A model generated the notes under the pieces. That model searched no databases, was not told the DNA's origin, and worked only from the letters and a program-made list of their open reading frames with translations. The position numbers and the translations under genes were made by a program. Below, one piece after another: positions 12,101 to 26,366 of a DNA stretch of 64,000 nt. Location of the stretch: the NCBI GenBank assembly GCA_964016885.1, contig OZ024740.1:155372001-155436000 (forward strand), given 5' to 3'. This stretch comes from Eledone cirrhosa (taxonomy: Eukaryota). Each line of letters begins with the position of its first letter. Positions within the stretch are counted from its first letter, which is position 1.

Positions 12101-12134
<34 letters not shown>

Positions 12135-12157
12135 CACATATATATATATATATATAT

Positions 12158-12993
<836 letters not shown>

Positions 12994-13000
12994 TATATAC

Positions 13001-13245
<245 letters not shown>

Positions 13246-13262
13246 TATATATATATATACAC

Positions 13263-13293
<31 letters not shown>

Positions 13294-13316
13294 TATATAT
13301 ATATATACATATATAC

Positions 13317-13461
<145 letters not shown>

Positions 13462-13475
13462 CATACATATATATA

Positions 13476-13555
<80 letters not shown>

Positions 13556-13569
13556 CATACATATATATA

Positions 13570-13695
<126 letters not shown>

Positions 13696-13720
13696 CATAT
13701 ATATATACATATATATATAC

Positions 13721-13811
<91 letters not shown>

Positions 13812-13877
13812 AGTAACTGTTAGCTAAACATCCAGATGAATATATATATATATATATACACATATATATATATACAT

Positions 13878-13908
<31 letters not shown>

Positions 13909-14361
13909 TAAATATATGGTTAGCTTTCCCCTGTGTTGTTTACTTGTCTCACTCGCTTTACGCGTTTCAATTGTCCTAATAACTTATTTTTGTTATTGTC
14001 GCACCAACGTGAGGTATGTGATTTTTAATGCGATGAAATACCAATGATCGTTGGCAAATCACTGATGAGGGACTCATTTTATAACATGTAATCCATGTGC
14101 AACCATGCCGTATTCTTCTCCCCATATTTTTCATATATATATATATATATACCAATAACTGTTAGCTAAACATCCAGATGAAAATGTAAAAGAAAAAGTT
14201 AAGTTCAAGCATCAGTTATTTCTTTTTTTTTGTTTGTTTGTTTTTTGCATAGTTTTATGTTTAATTTATACAAATATTTTTTTCGAACCTGAAAAAATAA
14301 ATAAATGAGTAAGTAAATAAAAATAAAAATTAGGAATTCAATTAATTCAGTTATTAGAATA

Positions 14362-14548
14362 ATTATTTCTACTTTTGGCACAAGGCCAGCAAATATCCAG
14401 TGCATTACTGGTACTTTATTTTATCGACCCTGTAAGGATGAAAGGCAAAGTTAAGCTCGGCGGGATTTGAACTTAGAATGGCAAGGACCGTAACTCTATG
14501 TGTCAAAGCATGGCGTCCGACCCTCTACCGATACTGCCAATCCACCAG
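14362..14548 (-). mobile_element. tRNA-derived SINE with Nin/Deu-like central domain (family S1)
   Basis: Reverse complement of the 62501-62690 consensus. Confidence 0.8.
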
Positions 14549-16171
14549 TTATTAGAATAATGAAAAGTATGTTGTATTTGGTATGGTGATGGTGGTGGTG
14601 ATGGTGGTGGTGGTGGTGGTAGTACTTTTGTGGTATATTGATAGTCAGAATGCTGGGAAAAAAGGCTTTGCTGTATTTATTTACAGTGCATTCTGATTTC
14701 AAATCCCACTGAAGTCAACTTTGCCTCTCATTCTTCTGGGGTCAATAAAATATAAAGTACCTGTCATGAACTGGAGTTTGATTTAATCAACTTTCTTCTT
14801 TCCTAAAATTACTGACATTGTTCCTATGATAGAAAAAATATTATTATTATTAGCAACATCATAAGTAGTAGCAGTAGTAAGTCAGTGATTTTTTTTGTTA
14901 TTTCTCTCTTTTAAGTTTTATTTCTTTTAATATATTCTTTTATTGTTTTACTGGTTTCAGTCACAGGGTTGAGACCATGCTGAAGGTTGAGACCATGCTG
15001 AAGTACAACCATGAATTGTTTTAGTCAATCATATATAATAAATATCATCAACTCCAGTACTATTTTCAGTTAGCTAATTATTTTTTTAAGGTAATTGGGT
15101 CCATGACCAACTACTCTCAGGTCCAAAATAATAGGAGGGGATTGGGGTGGGTGGACATTTGTTTAAATTCTTATAATCATGGGGGGGGGGGGGGTAATTG
15201 TATAACGTACATTCGTAAATATGGAATTTCTTGTAATGTTTTTTTTTGTCATATTATATAATGGGTTTTTTTAAAATGTAAAATAAAATTATTATTAGAT
15301 AATCCAGTTTCTGTATCAATATGAATCACTTACAATAAAATTTTGCCAGAGTTAGATTACTAAAATTTAATAAGCGGCGGAGGAGGGGGGAGTATTCAAG
15401 ACCTGAGAATACATAGAGGACCTTTTATTGACTTATTAAATTTGCATTAGTATATGTTTAACTGGTCCCCTTTGAGATCCCTCATCAGAAGGTTCAAGTG
15501 TATTAAATATAGGGTCCCCAGTCCTACTATGTCCCCATGTTTGCGACAGAAGACAAGATTTGAACTCAAAATGCACAGATATCTCAAGGTATTCCTCCCA
15601 ACACTATCAATTTTGCCAATTCACTGCTTTACACTGATATTTTATTTCATTGACACTGGAATCAGAATTTGAACTCAGTACACAGAGAGCCAGAACAAAT
15701 ACCAAAAGGCATTGAATCAGTTGCTCAAAGAACTACCAAATCACCACCTTTACATTAGTTTCATCTACTTAGATTATTTAAAACTTTTTTTTTTACTGTT
15801 ATTTTCCAAGAAGCTGGCTGAAGGGGAGGATAAAGAAGTGTTGGACATATCTGTCATGTGATTATTTTGATGTCACTAATAACTAACTTGTGTTGGGTGG
15901 AACATTCTTCTCCAGGGAAGGTCTTAGCATTTATTACCATCTGTCTATCTCATTGTCTTACAAGGAAGTAATCAATCTAGCTTGTGTTCACCTGGTTGAT
16001 AGGTGGTTAGGTGGCTGGCAGGTTTCTTGAACACAGCATACATTCATTCATCTTCTCTCTAGCAACTCCACAATTTTTCCTGAGTGCCCACATTGAGAGT
16101 GGCAGTCTGAGATATGTTAGTTGATAGTCCACAAAAACAAGATGTTGTAGGACAGAAAAAATAACAAATTA

Positions 16172-16319
16172 GCCACTGAGGAGGTCACTGAATGTGACGA
16201 AGGAGCTTTGACAAACAAATAAACAAGGTTATTAAACTAACAAACTGGATGCTTATAATAAATTGAAGTGAAAACCAACAGGTGCGTGTGTTTTTATTGG
16301 CAGCATGACCCTTCCCAAA

Positions 16320-16320
<1 letters not shown>
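16172..16320 (+). mobile_element. Degenerate PLE pLTR (family H3) with decayed hammerhead
   Basis: CACTGAGGAGGTCAC...GTGACGAAGGAGCTTTGAC and downstream ...TGACCCTTCCCAAAG(TA)n match the H3 pLTR. Confidence 0.7.
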
Positions 16321-16365
<45 letters not shown>

Positions 16366-16545
16366 AGGATAAAAAGGACGATTGATTATTCCTTCATTGC
16401 ATTTATTGATAGGTGACGCGCGTTTCGTCACTGATCAGCTCAAGGTTCGATCTATATCCACTGGATATATATATATATATATATATATAAATGGAAAAAA
16501 TGAAACAAAATTTCATTTCTCACTCTTAGTATGGCTGTTACTTAA

Positions 16546-16965
16546 ATATAAGTATGTATACATACATACATATATGCATACAGACGTACTGTAGTATGTA
16601 TATATATATATATATATATATACATGCACACATATATATATGTACGCATGGATTCACCGTACATTTATTATAATGCTCGGTGTGTTTCAACCATCTGGCA
16701 GGAAGGTATACGTTGCTGACGATAGCTAATAAGCTTGAAACTAGTACAGCGTTCCTTTGTCAGTGTTGAACAAATGAGCAACGATGGTTGCTAGACACTG
16801 TACGGCTTAATTCGGGATGTTTGTTTACAAACACACCGAGCATTATAATAAATGTTCAGTGAATCCATGCATACATATATATATGTGTGCATGTATGTAT
16901 ATATATATATATATATATACAAACTACTGTACGTCTGTATGCATATATGTATGTACGTATACATA

Positions 16966-16973
<8 letters not shown>
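16546..16973. mobile_element. Inverted-repeat element (arms about 140 bp) enclosing a hammerhead; PLE/retrozyme-like
   Basis: 16546-16687 is the reverse complement of 16829-16973 with a few mismatches. Confidence 0.78.
16710..16752 (+). ncRNA. Type I hammerhead ribozyme (family H2)
   Basis: ACGUUG-CUGACGA-u-AGCU(aaua)AGCU-u-GAAA-C(ua)G-UA^-CAGCGU; palindromic ACUAGU stem III, GUA triplet, U-U at the base of stem II. Confidence 0.82.
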
Positions 16974-17004
<31 letters not shown>

Positions 17005-20000
17005 CACATAGGTCACAAGAGGTTGGTCAATATAAGATGATATAGTTAAGGATAGATTATGTATGACGAAACAAAAAAATGTTTATAAATAAAAGATGGG
17101 ATGGTCATAAAAGGAATGTATTTCAGATCATTTTTTTCTACTGTCACAACAACAACAATAACAAAAACAATTAAATAAAAGGCAAGTAACAATAGTTCAC
17201 AGCCATAAATTCCAGCCAGTGAGTAAATAAATAAAAACTGCTGAATCATCACTGACCTTCAATTATCTTATGACACTAAGCTACCTTCATCATACACACA
17301 GAGAAAACAGCCATGTCCATTCAGATTAAATTCCATGGCATGAAGGCATGATATGAATTTAATTGGATGGACACCCAGATAATATACATACATTCACAGC
17401 AAAATCTATCTACACTCATATCTCAAAATAAATATACATAAACAGACGCTATGTAGTAGAATCAGACCCAAGACCATGTTTGCAAAGCAAACTTCCTAAT
17501 CATATAGTCATGCAGGCATTCAAACATTTAATTTGAAACTGTTTAAATCAGCTGATATTCAAAATTTAGTTTTTTTTTAGTGTGAAGGGAATCAGTGACA
17601 AATCTTCCATTGGCTTGGATGGTCTATCCCAGACATTTTTAATAATCTGCCATTTATTCCACAGAGCTATGCAAACTGAAGTTGTTGTTGCTACTGTTCA
17701 TACTTGCATAAGTTTAGCTGGCCTCTAATCTAAAGAAATTGCATCTCATAGGAGCACTTTTGGATGTTTTAATGATTGGGACACCAGTCTTATCATCTCA
17801 TTATTCTTCTAGTGGAAGATGGCAGCAGTTGAACCTAGAGTGCACAGGACCAGAACAGGTACTGTAAAGCCTCCCATTTTCTATTTTAACAGTTCTGCTA
17901 ATTCATTGTAATGGCTTAGCACTTTATCAATTCTAAAAATATGAAAAATAATGTTGACCTCAGCATGGCGCTCAGAGTACAGAGATCCAGAACATATACC
18001 ACAAGGAATTTAATCTGATACTCTAAAAATGTTGTGCCTAAATATACATTGAAATATCTGCAGTGGATGTGGACTCAGAAAATCTGAGCTGACAGAGCAG
18101 TCTAATTAACCCTGTCATGACAAATATTTCTAACAAGAATATACAGCCTTTGTGTTTTAATTATCAACAATTATGAGAGGTTTAGTGAAATAACTTTCTA
18201 CTTAATTACAAAAGACAAGCCTAAAATTTTAGTTTGGGATGGGTTGGTATTTAAAGGGTTAATGTAAGTTATTTTTCAGATATGTGAATTGAAGCATGTA
18301 AAATAAAGGGTCCTGTCCCAAAGAATAACAACATGCCTGCAGCGAATTTGAACTCACAGTACTCAAACTCACTGCCCAACAATAATTTTCTACACTGCCA
18401 TTTCATTTGGAGATTCTAACAATGAAAACATAATAAACTTATCAATAATAATGAAAAAGAAGGAAAAAATGGAGAAGTCAAAGAGGCTTCATCATATAAC
18501 TAAATATACCTCTTTAGTGATTAGATTTCTGACAAAATATTTGAATACCTCGAGGGAAAAGAGCAATCATATATCAAAGAAGAAGCCATCATTGCAATAT
18601 TTACAAAAATCGGAAATAACAGACCATTTATTTCTCCTTGTTACTTCAAACTGATGACCCCAAATGAGACATTTCATATAGAGAATTTGTCAGCACTTTC
18701 AAAACTCCTCTCTACAAAATAATCTATCTTTCAGATCTGCAGAAAGCTTATGTCAATCAATTCTCTCTCCCTTTGTACAAAGGAATATAACTATATCTAT
18801 ATCAAGTGAGAAATTGCTGTTATGCATATAAAAGAAATCGTTATTTGTAGTAGTAATAAAAGTAGTAGTATTTTTCTTTTTCTTTTTTTCGAAGGAGGCC
18901 AAATGATAAATTACATCTAAATGCTTCCTCATATGCTTCTCCCCACAACAAAGAATAGATGAACAATACTAGCATTATCTATAAAGTTAAATGTAATTTA
19001 GCTTTCTATGACAAATCTAGTTGGCTTCTTGAATATCTGTCAAAAATGTTGTCAGTGAAATAAGAAAGAAGTCTATTATGAAAAAAATAATTTTAATATT
19101 TGGCTTCTTTTTCTAGTTTTCAATAATTTTTTTTTATTTTGTTTTGTTTGAGAAATGCAAATGTAATATTAATCTTCGACAAAATGGACAGTGTGAACAA
19201 TTTGGTGTTTTCATTTTAAATTAGAAAAAAATAACTAGAATGCTTTGTAGATTTTATTTTGAAACATTTTTATTATAAATGTCTATATTTATAAACATAT
19301 CATGAATGGTTTAACAACCACGTCCTCCTCCTCATCATCTTATCGTTTTTATATCCATACAATGAATGAGACTTTTTGAGGATGCCAACCCTCACTTACA
19401 TTTTAAATAAAGTACTGATCTTTGCACATCAAACTTCTGAGCTGTGAGATTTATGTTTATGCAGTGTCAAAATGCAAAGTAATGAGAGAGAGAAAGAGAC
19501 GTGTATGCGTGCAGCAGGACTCTGTGCAATTTCCGTCTCTCTCAAATTCATCCACATAGAATTAGTTAGTCAACTCTAGTTTCTTATTATTAAAGTGAAA
19601 TAACAAAATAGGGTGCTGAACTGGCAGATACAGTAGACCTAAACCACTGAAAAAAACTGCTTTGAGGTATTTAGTCGCAGCCCTTTTACATCCTAAGTTC
19701 AAACCATGGCTGTGGTGTTAAGAGGTTTGCACTGTAAACACATGGGTATGGGCTTGACACTAGTGCCTGGTGCATTAGACAAGTGCCATCTTCCAAAACC
19801 TCAGGTTCAATAATGTTTTGCCAAAATATTTTCATAAAAAATAATTGCAATGTTTAACTTTACTTTCCTGCTTTCACTACTCCTTTTCTCTTTCTTTCTG
19901 TCTCAATAATGCAAATGGTGGCAGTATGAACAATTCCTTGCTTTCACTTAGATCTTGGAAAATACCTTGAATGCTTTGGTGATAATTTGTCTTATTATTA

Positions 20001-20299
20001 TTTGGACAAAATGTCTTGTAATGTAAAGGGCCATAACTAAACACTGCAAAGTGGTGTGTCTGACTCTTGCACATTTGTATCAGTCTACTGCCCTTTGTTA
20101 GAATGCATCGTTATTAACAACTTTGCATCCCTGAATACAAAGTCTCTTGATATGTTTATGCAACATACGAGGCAATAGTATCTCTTAATTCCCCATTGTT
20201 GCTGCTGTCACTGCTGTTGCTGCCTCCTACTCCTCTTCCTTTGACCACTTATTCATCACAGTGACCAAATATTCACTCTGTGGCTGTTCTTTGAAAAAG

Positions 20300-20480
20300 G
20301 TGCATGTTTGTTTTGTAGACTTCGAAAAGGCATACAACCTATTGTGGAAGCTTCTGCAGGAGTATGAGATCAATGGACAGCTTCTTCTTGCCCTGATATC
20401 TCTATATGAATACCCTAATATTTGTGTTTAGTTAAATGTTGCTAAGTCAAAACCATTCATTGTGGGTGTCAAACTTAGTG
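20300..20480 (+). pseudogene. Decayed LINE RT fragment (RTE-like)
   Basis: Translates VHVCFVDFEKAYN...LWKLLQEYEINGQLLLALISLYE...SKPFIVGV. Confidence 0.7.
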
Positions 20481-20688
20481 AAGTTATATTTAAAAATAAA
20501 AAAAAATACAGCCTTTAGATTAATTATGATTAATTTACACATTCAGTGATGACTAAAATCTGTAGTTCTGCCCAATAGTATACTATAGTAGTCTATTATT
20601 TAAAGATCTTAACATGCTACCAGCAACCTCGACTATCAAGGAAAGCTAATATTCAGAAGAAACTGTATTTACTACACTCATTTGTTAA

Positions 20689-21148
20689 GCCTTTTGATAC
20701 TAACCAAACTCAAACCACCCATTGTTCTGTGAAACAAAGCGACCTATTTTAAAGGCTTCTAGCTTGGATTAAAATTTTCCGACATAATTTGATATAAGAA
20801 CCTTTTGTTAAGTTATGTTACAAATAACATTGTTATAATGAAATAATCAATGACTTTAGTAAATCCTCCAAATTCTTCATTAATTAATTTAACCCTTTAG
20901 CATTTACATTACTTTATATATACTATTGTAATTTTGTGGTAAAGGCTTTATCTTACATAATTATTTCATATAATATTGAATCTACGAGATTTTGACGTTA
21001 TTTATTTTGAGAACAATACCTTAACATCAGTACCAGTTACAGCCGGTTTGAACAGAAAGAAGTGAGAGAATTCTGACTGGATATGGCCAGTTTACATGCT
21101 AAAGGGTTAAATAAAGTATTTTACATAAGAAATGTGGTAATGAAAGGG
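20689..21148. mobile_element. Older TTAA-flanked piggyBac-like non-autonomous element hosting a nested MITE
   Basis: TTAA-GCCTTTTGATAC ... GTAATGAAAGGG-TTAA; a related copy ends at 27332. Confidence 0.55.
20893..21106 (+). mobile_element. piggyBac-type MITE (family M1)
   Basis: TTAA on both sides; TIRs CCCTTTAGCATTT...ATGCTAAAGGG. Confidence 0.88.
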
Positions 21149-21670
21149 TTAAAATACTAAAATGATTAACAACATAACAGGCATTTAATGAGGCCATTAG
21201 CATATATACCAGACAAAATTCTCAGACATCAACAACAACAAAAACAAAATGTTTATTTCCTTTTTACATTTCTATCTTTGAAGTACTAAAATAATTAATT
21301 GACCATTCCACTATTTCTGAAAGAAATCAGAAAAGTGTCATATGCATTACCCTCTAAGTAACCCAAAGCAATATTAGAATTTAACACAGAAAGCAATCAA
21401 AACTTAATATATATAAGAAATAGAATTAGGATGTTTGCTCTAACATAGCTATATACATACTTGTATGTAGGGCTTGTATATCTCATAGTATATGATATGT
21501 TTACGAATAGACATTTTAAAGCCTTTAGCCAGGAATTTAAAAAGGTGGTGGTTGGTGCCACACACCTAATTCCAGGGTGTGTGTGTGTGGGGGGGCAAGT
21601 AACAGCTGTTTCTTTTGTAATAGACTCCTACCTATATACCTAGAATTTTACCAGCACTGAAATATATTGA

Positions 21671-21891
21671 CCCTTTAGCATTTGCATTATTCTATATTTA
21701 CTATTGTATTTTCATGGTAAATACTTTATCTCATATAATTATCTCACTTAATATCAAATCTACGAAATTTTAATATTATTTATTTTGAGAACAATACCTT
21801 AAGATAAGTACGAACAGCTGGTTTTGGCTGGTTTTAACAGGAAGAGGTGAGAGAATTCTGGCCGGATATGGCCGGTTTGAATGCTAAAGGG
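21671..21891 (+). mobile_element. piggyBac-type MITE (M1)
   Basis: Same TIRs and interior; TTGA/TTAA flanks. Confidence 0.85.
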
Positions 21892-23337
21892 TTAAATGCA
21901 AACACCAACACAAAGGAAACATAACCTTAGAATTTAGACCTTTTTTAGATGAAAAAAAAAAACAACTAAATACTGCTAGATTCTGATGAGCTAATGAAGG
22001 GATCTCTATATGGTTGGTCACCATGCAAAAGATAGCAGACATATTGCTTTCAAATTTGGGCTCTTTCTGTGTTCACATCCCACCAGGGTTGATAAAACAC
22101 AGTACTAGCATGGACAGTGAGCAGACAGATGGATGGAATGCCTGATGGTATTTGTCTTGACCTTTTGCATTCTGAATTCAAATATAACCATAGCCTACTT
22201 GAGTGGTGGACTTAATCCATCACCAATAGAGTTCACTCTGTTGGAAGCTTTTGAACCAGGTCTCTGGTTTGAATATACCTTCCCCCTCCCTTACACTAGT
22301 TTCAGAGGAACAAAAAAAGGTCATTGGACTGTCTTTTTTTGACTCAGTCATAAAAGGAATGGACACATTAGATAATGTTATGGAAAATAAACTATGTTTC
22401 AAAAGACTAGGTAATATCAGCTGGAATGCTTTTCATCATAGGGCTTATGTGATCAGAGTTGATCTAGGGTTTAACAACAAATAACAAAGATGTACATAAT
22501 GGTATTTTTTATGTCACAGCTGGCTCTGAAACAAGACATTAAGTCATTTACTGTCAATCTGCAGTCTGGAACCATTAAACAAGAAAATATATTATATGAA
22601 TTACTGAGGTGTTACTTGTTTTCCCCAGAGTCAAAATGTACAGCTAATGTACTCCTACATCAATATATACAAATGTATTTGTGTTTGATAAATAAATATT
22701 CTTAATGCACCAGCATGACATATCCTTTGCTCACTAATGCAATGTGTATGCAAACAGATGCATCAATATCCAAATACAAGTGGAAGTAAGCTTAGAAATA
22801 TGTTTTGGTGTGTGCGTTTGTGTATAAATGAATATACAGGAAGCTCCTAAATCAATGTAAAAACATATGTACATCTGATATAACACAAAGTTTTCCATAC
22901 TTGGTAATAATAATAATAATTGTTTCTACTATAGGTACAAAGCCTGCAATTTTGGTGGAGGGGAAAGTCGATTAAGTCGACCCCAGTGCTTTACTGGTGC
23001 TTTATTTTATTGACCCAGTAAGGATAAAAGGCAAAGCTAACACCAAATGTCCTCCAAAGTTCCATAAAAAGTTCTCGGGTTCTGTAAGATCAGGTGCATA
23101 TTAATAAAATTATACAAGAATTTATTATATGTTTATTTTTGCTTGTTTTTTAATGATTAAACTCTCTCTTTCAAATAATGTTTGCATCATTTAATATCTT
23201 ATTAAAATAAGAGTAGTTGGGATTGTCTGTGTAGGATCTGTGGAAATAATATAAGGGTTCACAACAAAATAAGTTTCAAAACCCCTGCTTTAGACAAAAC
23301 AGGGGAGAGAGAGAGAGAGAGATAGAGAGAAACTTAC

Positions 23338-23406
23338 CTTTTCTTTTCTCCTAGGTAATCCAGTAGAAAAGTAACAACAGCACCAATGCTTACGAAGCAT
23401 AACAAT
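23338..23406 (-). CDS. Candidate isolated 69-nt coding exon (hydrophobic/TM-like: LLCFVSIGAVVTFLLDYLGEKK)
   Basis: Pyrimidine-rich acceptor TTTTCTCTCTATATTGCAG, consensus donor AAG|GTAAGT, length divisible by 3, open frame; no partner exons found. Confidence 0.35.
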
Positions 23407-23742
23407 CTGCAATATAGAGAGAATGTAAATGAGGTGATGATCCAAGACAAAGATGAAAGAAATAAAAAGTACAAATCACTGTATCTATATGAAATTCGCA
23501 AGAAAGGTTTGCTTAATTTAAACACATTTGCAGAATCATTAGAGAGTCAGGCAAAATGCTTTTTTGCGGTATTTAGTTATAGCTCTTTTCATTCTGAGTT
23601 CAAATCCTGCCAAGGTCAACTTTGCTTTTCATCCCTCCAAGTGCGATAGAATAAAGTGTCACACAAGTACTGGGGTCAATATAATGACCTTTCCCTTCCC
23701 TAAATTGCTGGCCTTGTGAAAAAATCATAATCATTATTTTAA

Positions 23743-23947
23743 CCCTTTAGCATTTAAATCAATCATATCCGGCCAGAATGCTCTGACCTCTTTCTGTTTA
23801 GATCAGCCATAACTGGCTGCTCATACTGATGTTAAGGTATAGTTCTCAAAATAGATAATATAAAAATCTCATAGATTTGATATGTAAGGTAAAGCCTTTA
23901 CCATGAAAATACAATAATAAATATAGAGCAATGTAAATGCTAAAGGG
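23743..23947 (-). mobile_element. piggyBac-type MITE (M1)
   Basis: TTAA flanks, TIRs, interior in reverse orientation. Confidence 0.87.
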
Positions 23948-23959
23948 TTAAACACATTT

Positions 23960-24480
23960 AATGGAGCTTCAGTCCTGGGTCAAGTGAAGACCAAGAGGGA
24001 GCGCTTGAAAACTGGAATGGCTTCAGATGCTCACAACCCTCTCCCAATCAAGCAATATGATCGGTGGAAACTCCACCTTGGCATTCTATAGAGGGTTCGT
24101 GGCAGTAAAAAGCGACGATGTTCTTGGGGAAACTCTGGGCATCAACAAAAATCATCTAGCCACTATTTTCAGGGGGATCTTCAGTCTAGGGCCCATGAAT
24201 AATTTCCAGAAATCCCTGGCCTAGCTGTGCTACCAGGGAACTTTGCCAGCTGCATGGTGAGTGAATGGGCTTGCTCTGAATGTGCACCTGTAGATTAGAG
24301 GAGGGAAACTGGGACAGGGCACTTGCCCTAGAGATCAGGGCACTCCCCATTGAGGAATTCCCTTTATTTAATTTTTATTGTTACCTCTCTTTTGTTAAAT
24401 CTATTTTCATGTAACCCCCCCCCCCTCCTATATACACTATGGTTTTCTTGGTGTTAACCCTTGTGGTAAATAAAGAAATC
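23960..24480 (+). mobile_element. Decayed 3' fragment of the Tx1-like LINE family, followed by (ATT)n
   Basis: Translates FYRGFVAVKSDDVLGETLG...GPMNNFQKSLA, homologous to 30246-31115; ends GTGGTAAATAAAGAAAT. Confidence 0.8.
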
Positions 24481-24517
24481 ATTATTGTTATTAGTTATTA
24501 TTATTATTATTATTATA

Positions 24518-24845
24518 GGCGGTGGTTTGGCAGTATTAATAGAGCGTCAGACAACATGCTTTGCAGCATAGAGTTACGGCCTCTTAAATTCTAAGTTCAA
24601 ATCCCACCAAGGTTAGCTTTGCCTTTCATCCTTACAGGGTCGATAAAGTAAAGTACCAATAATGCACTGGGGTTGATTTAATCGACTTTCCCCTCCCCAC
24701 AAATTGCTGGCCTTGTGCCTATATAAGAAACCATTATTATTGTTACTTTGCCTTTCATCCTTACGGGGTCGATAAAATAAAGTACCAGTAATATACTGGA
24801 ATAATTGCTGGCCTTGTGCCAAAAGTAGAAACAATTATTATATTA
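24518..24845 (+). mobile_element. SINE S1 (full copy plus duplicated 3' half)
   Basis: GGCGGTGGTTTGGCAG head, GTTCAAATCCC B-box, GCCTTTCATCC...GGGTCGATAAA domain occurring twice. Confidence 0.8.
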
Positions 24846-26161
24846 TTGTCTTTATTTCTTTTCCTTTTCATGTCATTCCTGAAAAACAATTATAATTTTA
24901 TTGATAATATAACAAATATTCTGTCAGGTGAGTCTACTTTGTCTTTTTTTTTTATTGCTACAACCATGGCTTCAAATGTTTAGAAATTACTAACTCAATT
25001 TTCCTTCATTAATTTTATGGCATGGCAAACTGGTAGTCATTAAAGCATTCAATTAAATGCCTTGCAGTATTTGGTGCGACTCTTAGCACACTGAGTTCAA
25101 ATCTTACTATGGTCAACTGTGCCTTTCATCTTTTCAGGGTTGATAAATAAAAGTACTAGCCCAAGGTAGTAAATTAGTCTCTGTTTTGGCTTTGCTCATT
25201 CTGAGATCAAATTCTGATCCTTGTCATTAGAAAAAATAGTGACATGATATGACTAGTGTCACTATTATTTAAAATAGCCAAGAAACTTCCTATAGGATGC
25301 AGCCTCATAGGAAACCAGCTAAACCTGTGCAGGTGTGAGCCACAACTACAACAAAGGAACAGATATTTTGCTCAGACCAGTCTCTTCTATGTTTTATTTT
25401 TATTGATACTGCATTGGCTTCTGCTGTTCAAGAACTTTTATTTTCTCTTGTTTATGGCTTAATCAAAGGAGAAAAGAGAATACCTCATGGGGTGATGGTG
25501 GAGTAAAACTGGGCAACAGATTAAGTCTGCCACCAATCAAAAACAATCTCTATAAAATTTGCAGTAACCTAAAGTATTATTTGTAAGAGGGAAAATGAGC
25601 TACTAAAGCTTAAAGTTTTCAAAATATTTCTATTTGATGCTCTTCTACCATTAATCACTATTAATGTGTCACCTTCTTTACACTGAGCAACCTTTTAACA
25701 CACATCACTTCTTGAAAGAATCTCCATTATTCACCTCCCCTAGAGGCACACAAATTTATTTTATTTTAAAAATTTTATTCACATGCAAACCATCACTAGT
25801 TCCTTTAGATTAATGGTTTCTAATGTTTCTGTTATGCCACCCCACTATACTTAAGATATGCAACACCGTTGTTTTTATTATTTAAATTTAAGGACACCCT
25901 TGACTGCAGCCTACAACACCTTGGGGTAGAACTGTCCAAACACATTAATTAAGTTTTGCTATCAACACAAAATTAAGTAAATAAATAAACACTTAAGAAT
26001 CACATCACATATTATCAGTCATATGCCAGATTTTATGCAGAGTTACCAAATCTCAAATATTGGTAAGATTTGACTTAATTTTGGAATGCAATGGTTAGCC
26101 ACTGGATTGGTGGAATTATTACTTATTTTAAAACTACCATCTGTCCTTTAGATACCTTTAA

Positions 26162-26366
26162 CCCATTAGCATTTATATTTCTCTATATAAACTATTGTAT
26201 TTTCGCACTAAAGGCTTTATCTTTCATAATATCAAATCTATGAGAATTTGATATTTGTTTTGAGAACAATAAATCAACATCAGTATCAGTGGCTGGTTAC
26301 AACAGGTTTGAACAGAAAGAGGTGAGAGAATTTTGACCGGATGCGGACAGTTTAAATGCTAAAGGG
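26162..26366 (+). mobile_element. piggyBac-type MITE (M1)
   Basis: TTAA flanks and TIRs. Confidence 0.85.

Noticed and set aside
22133-22484. Short ORFs with LLEAFEPGLW, faintly like glutamate-receptor pre-M1
   Set aside because: No splice-site support, opposite strand to the candidate exon, and similarity too short.
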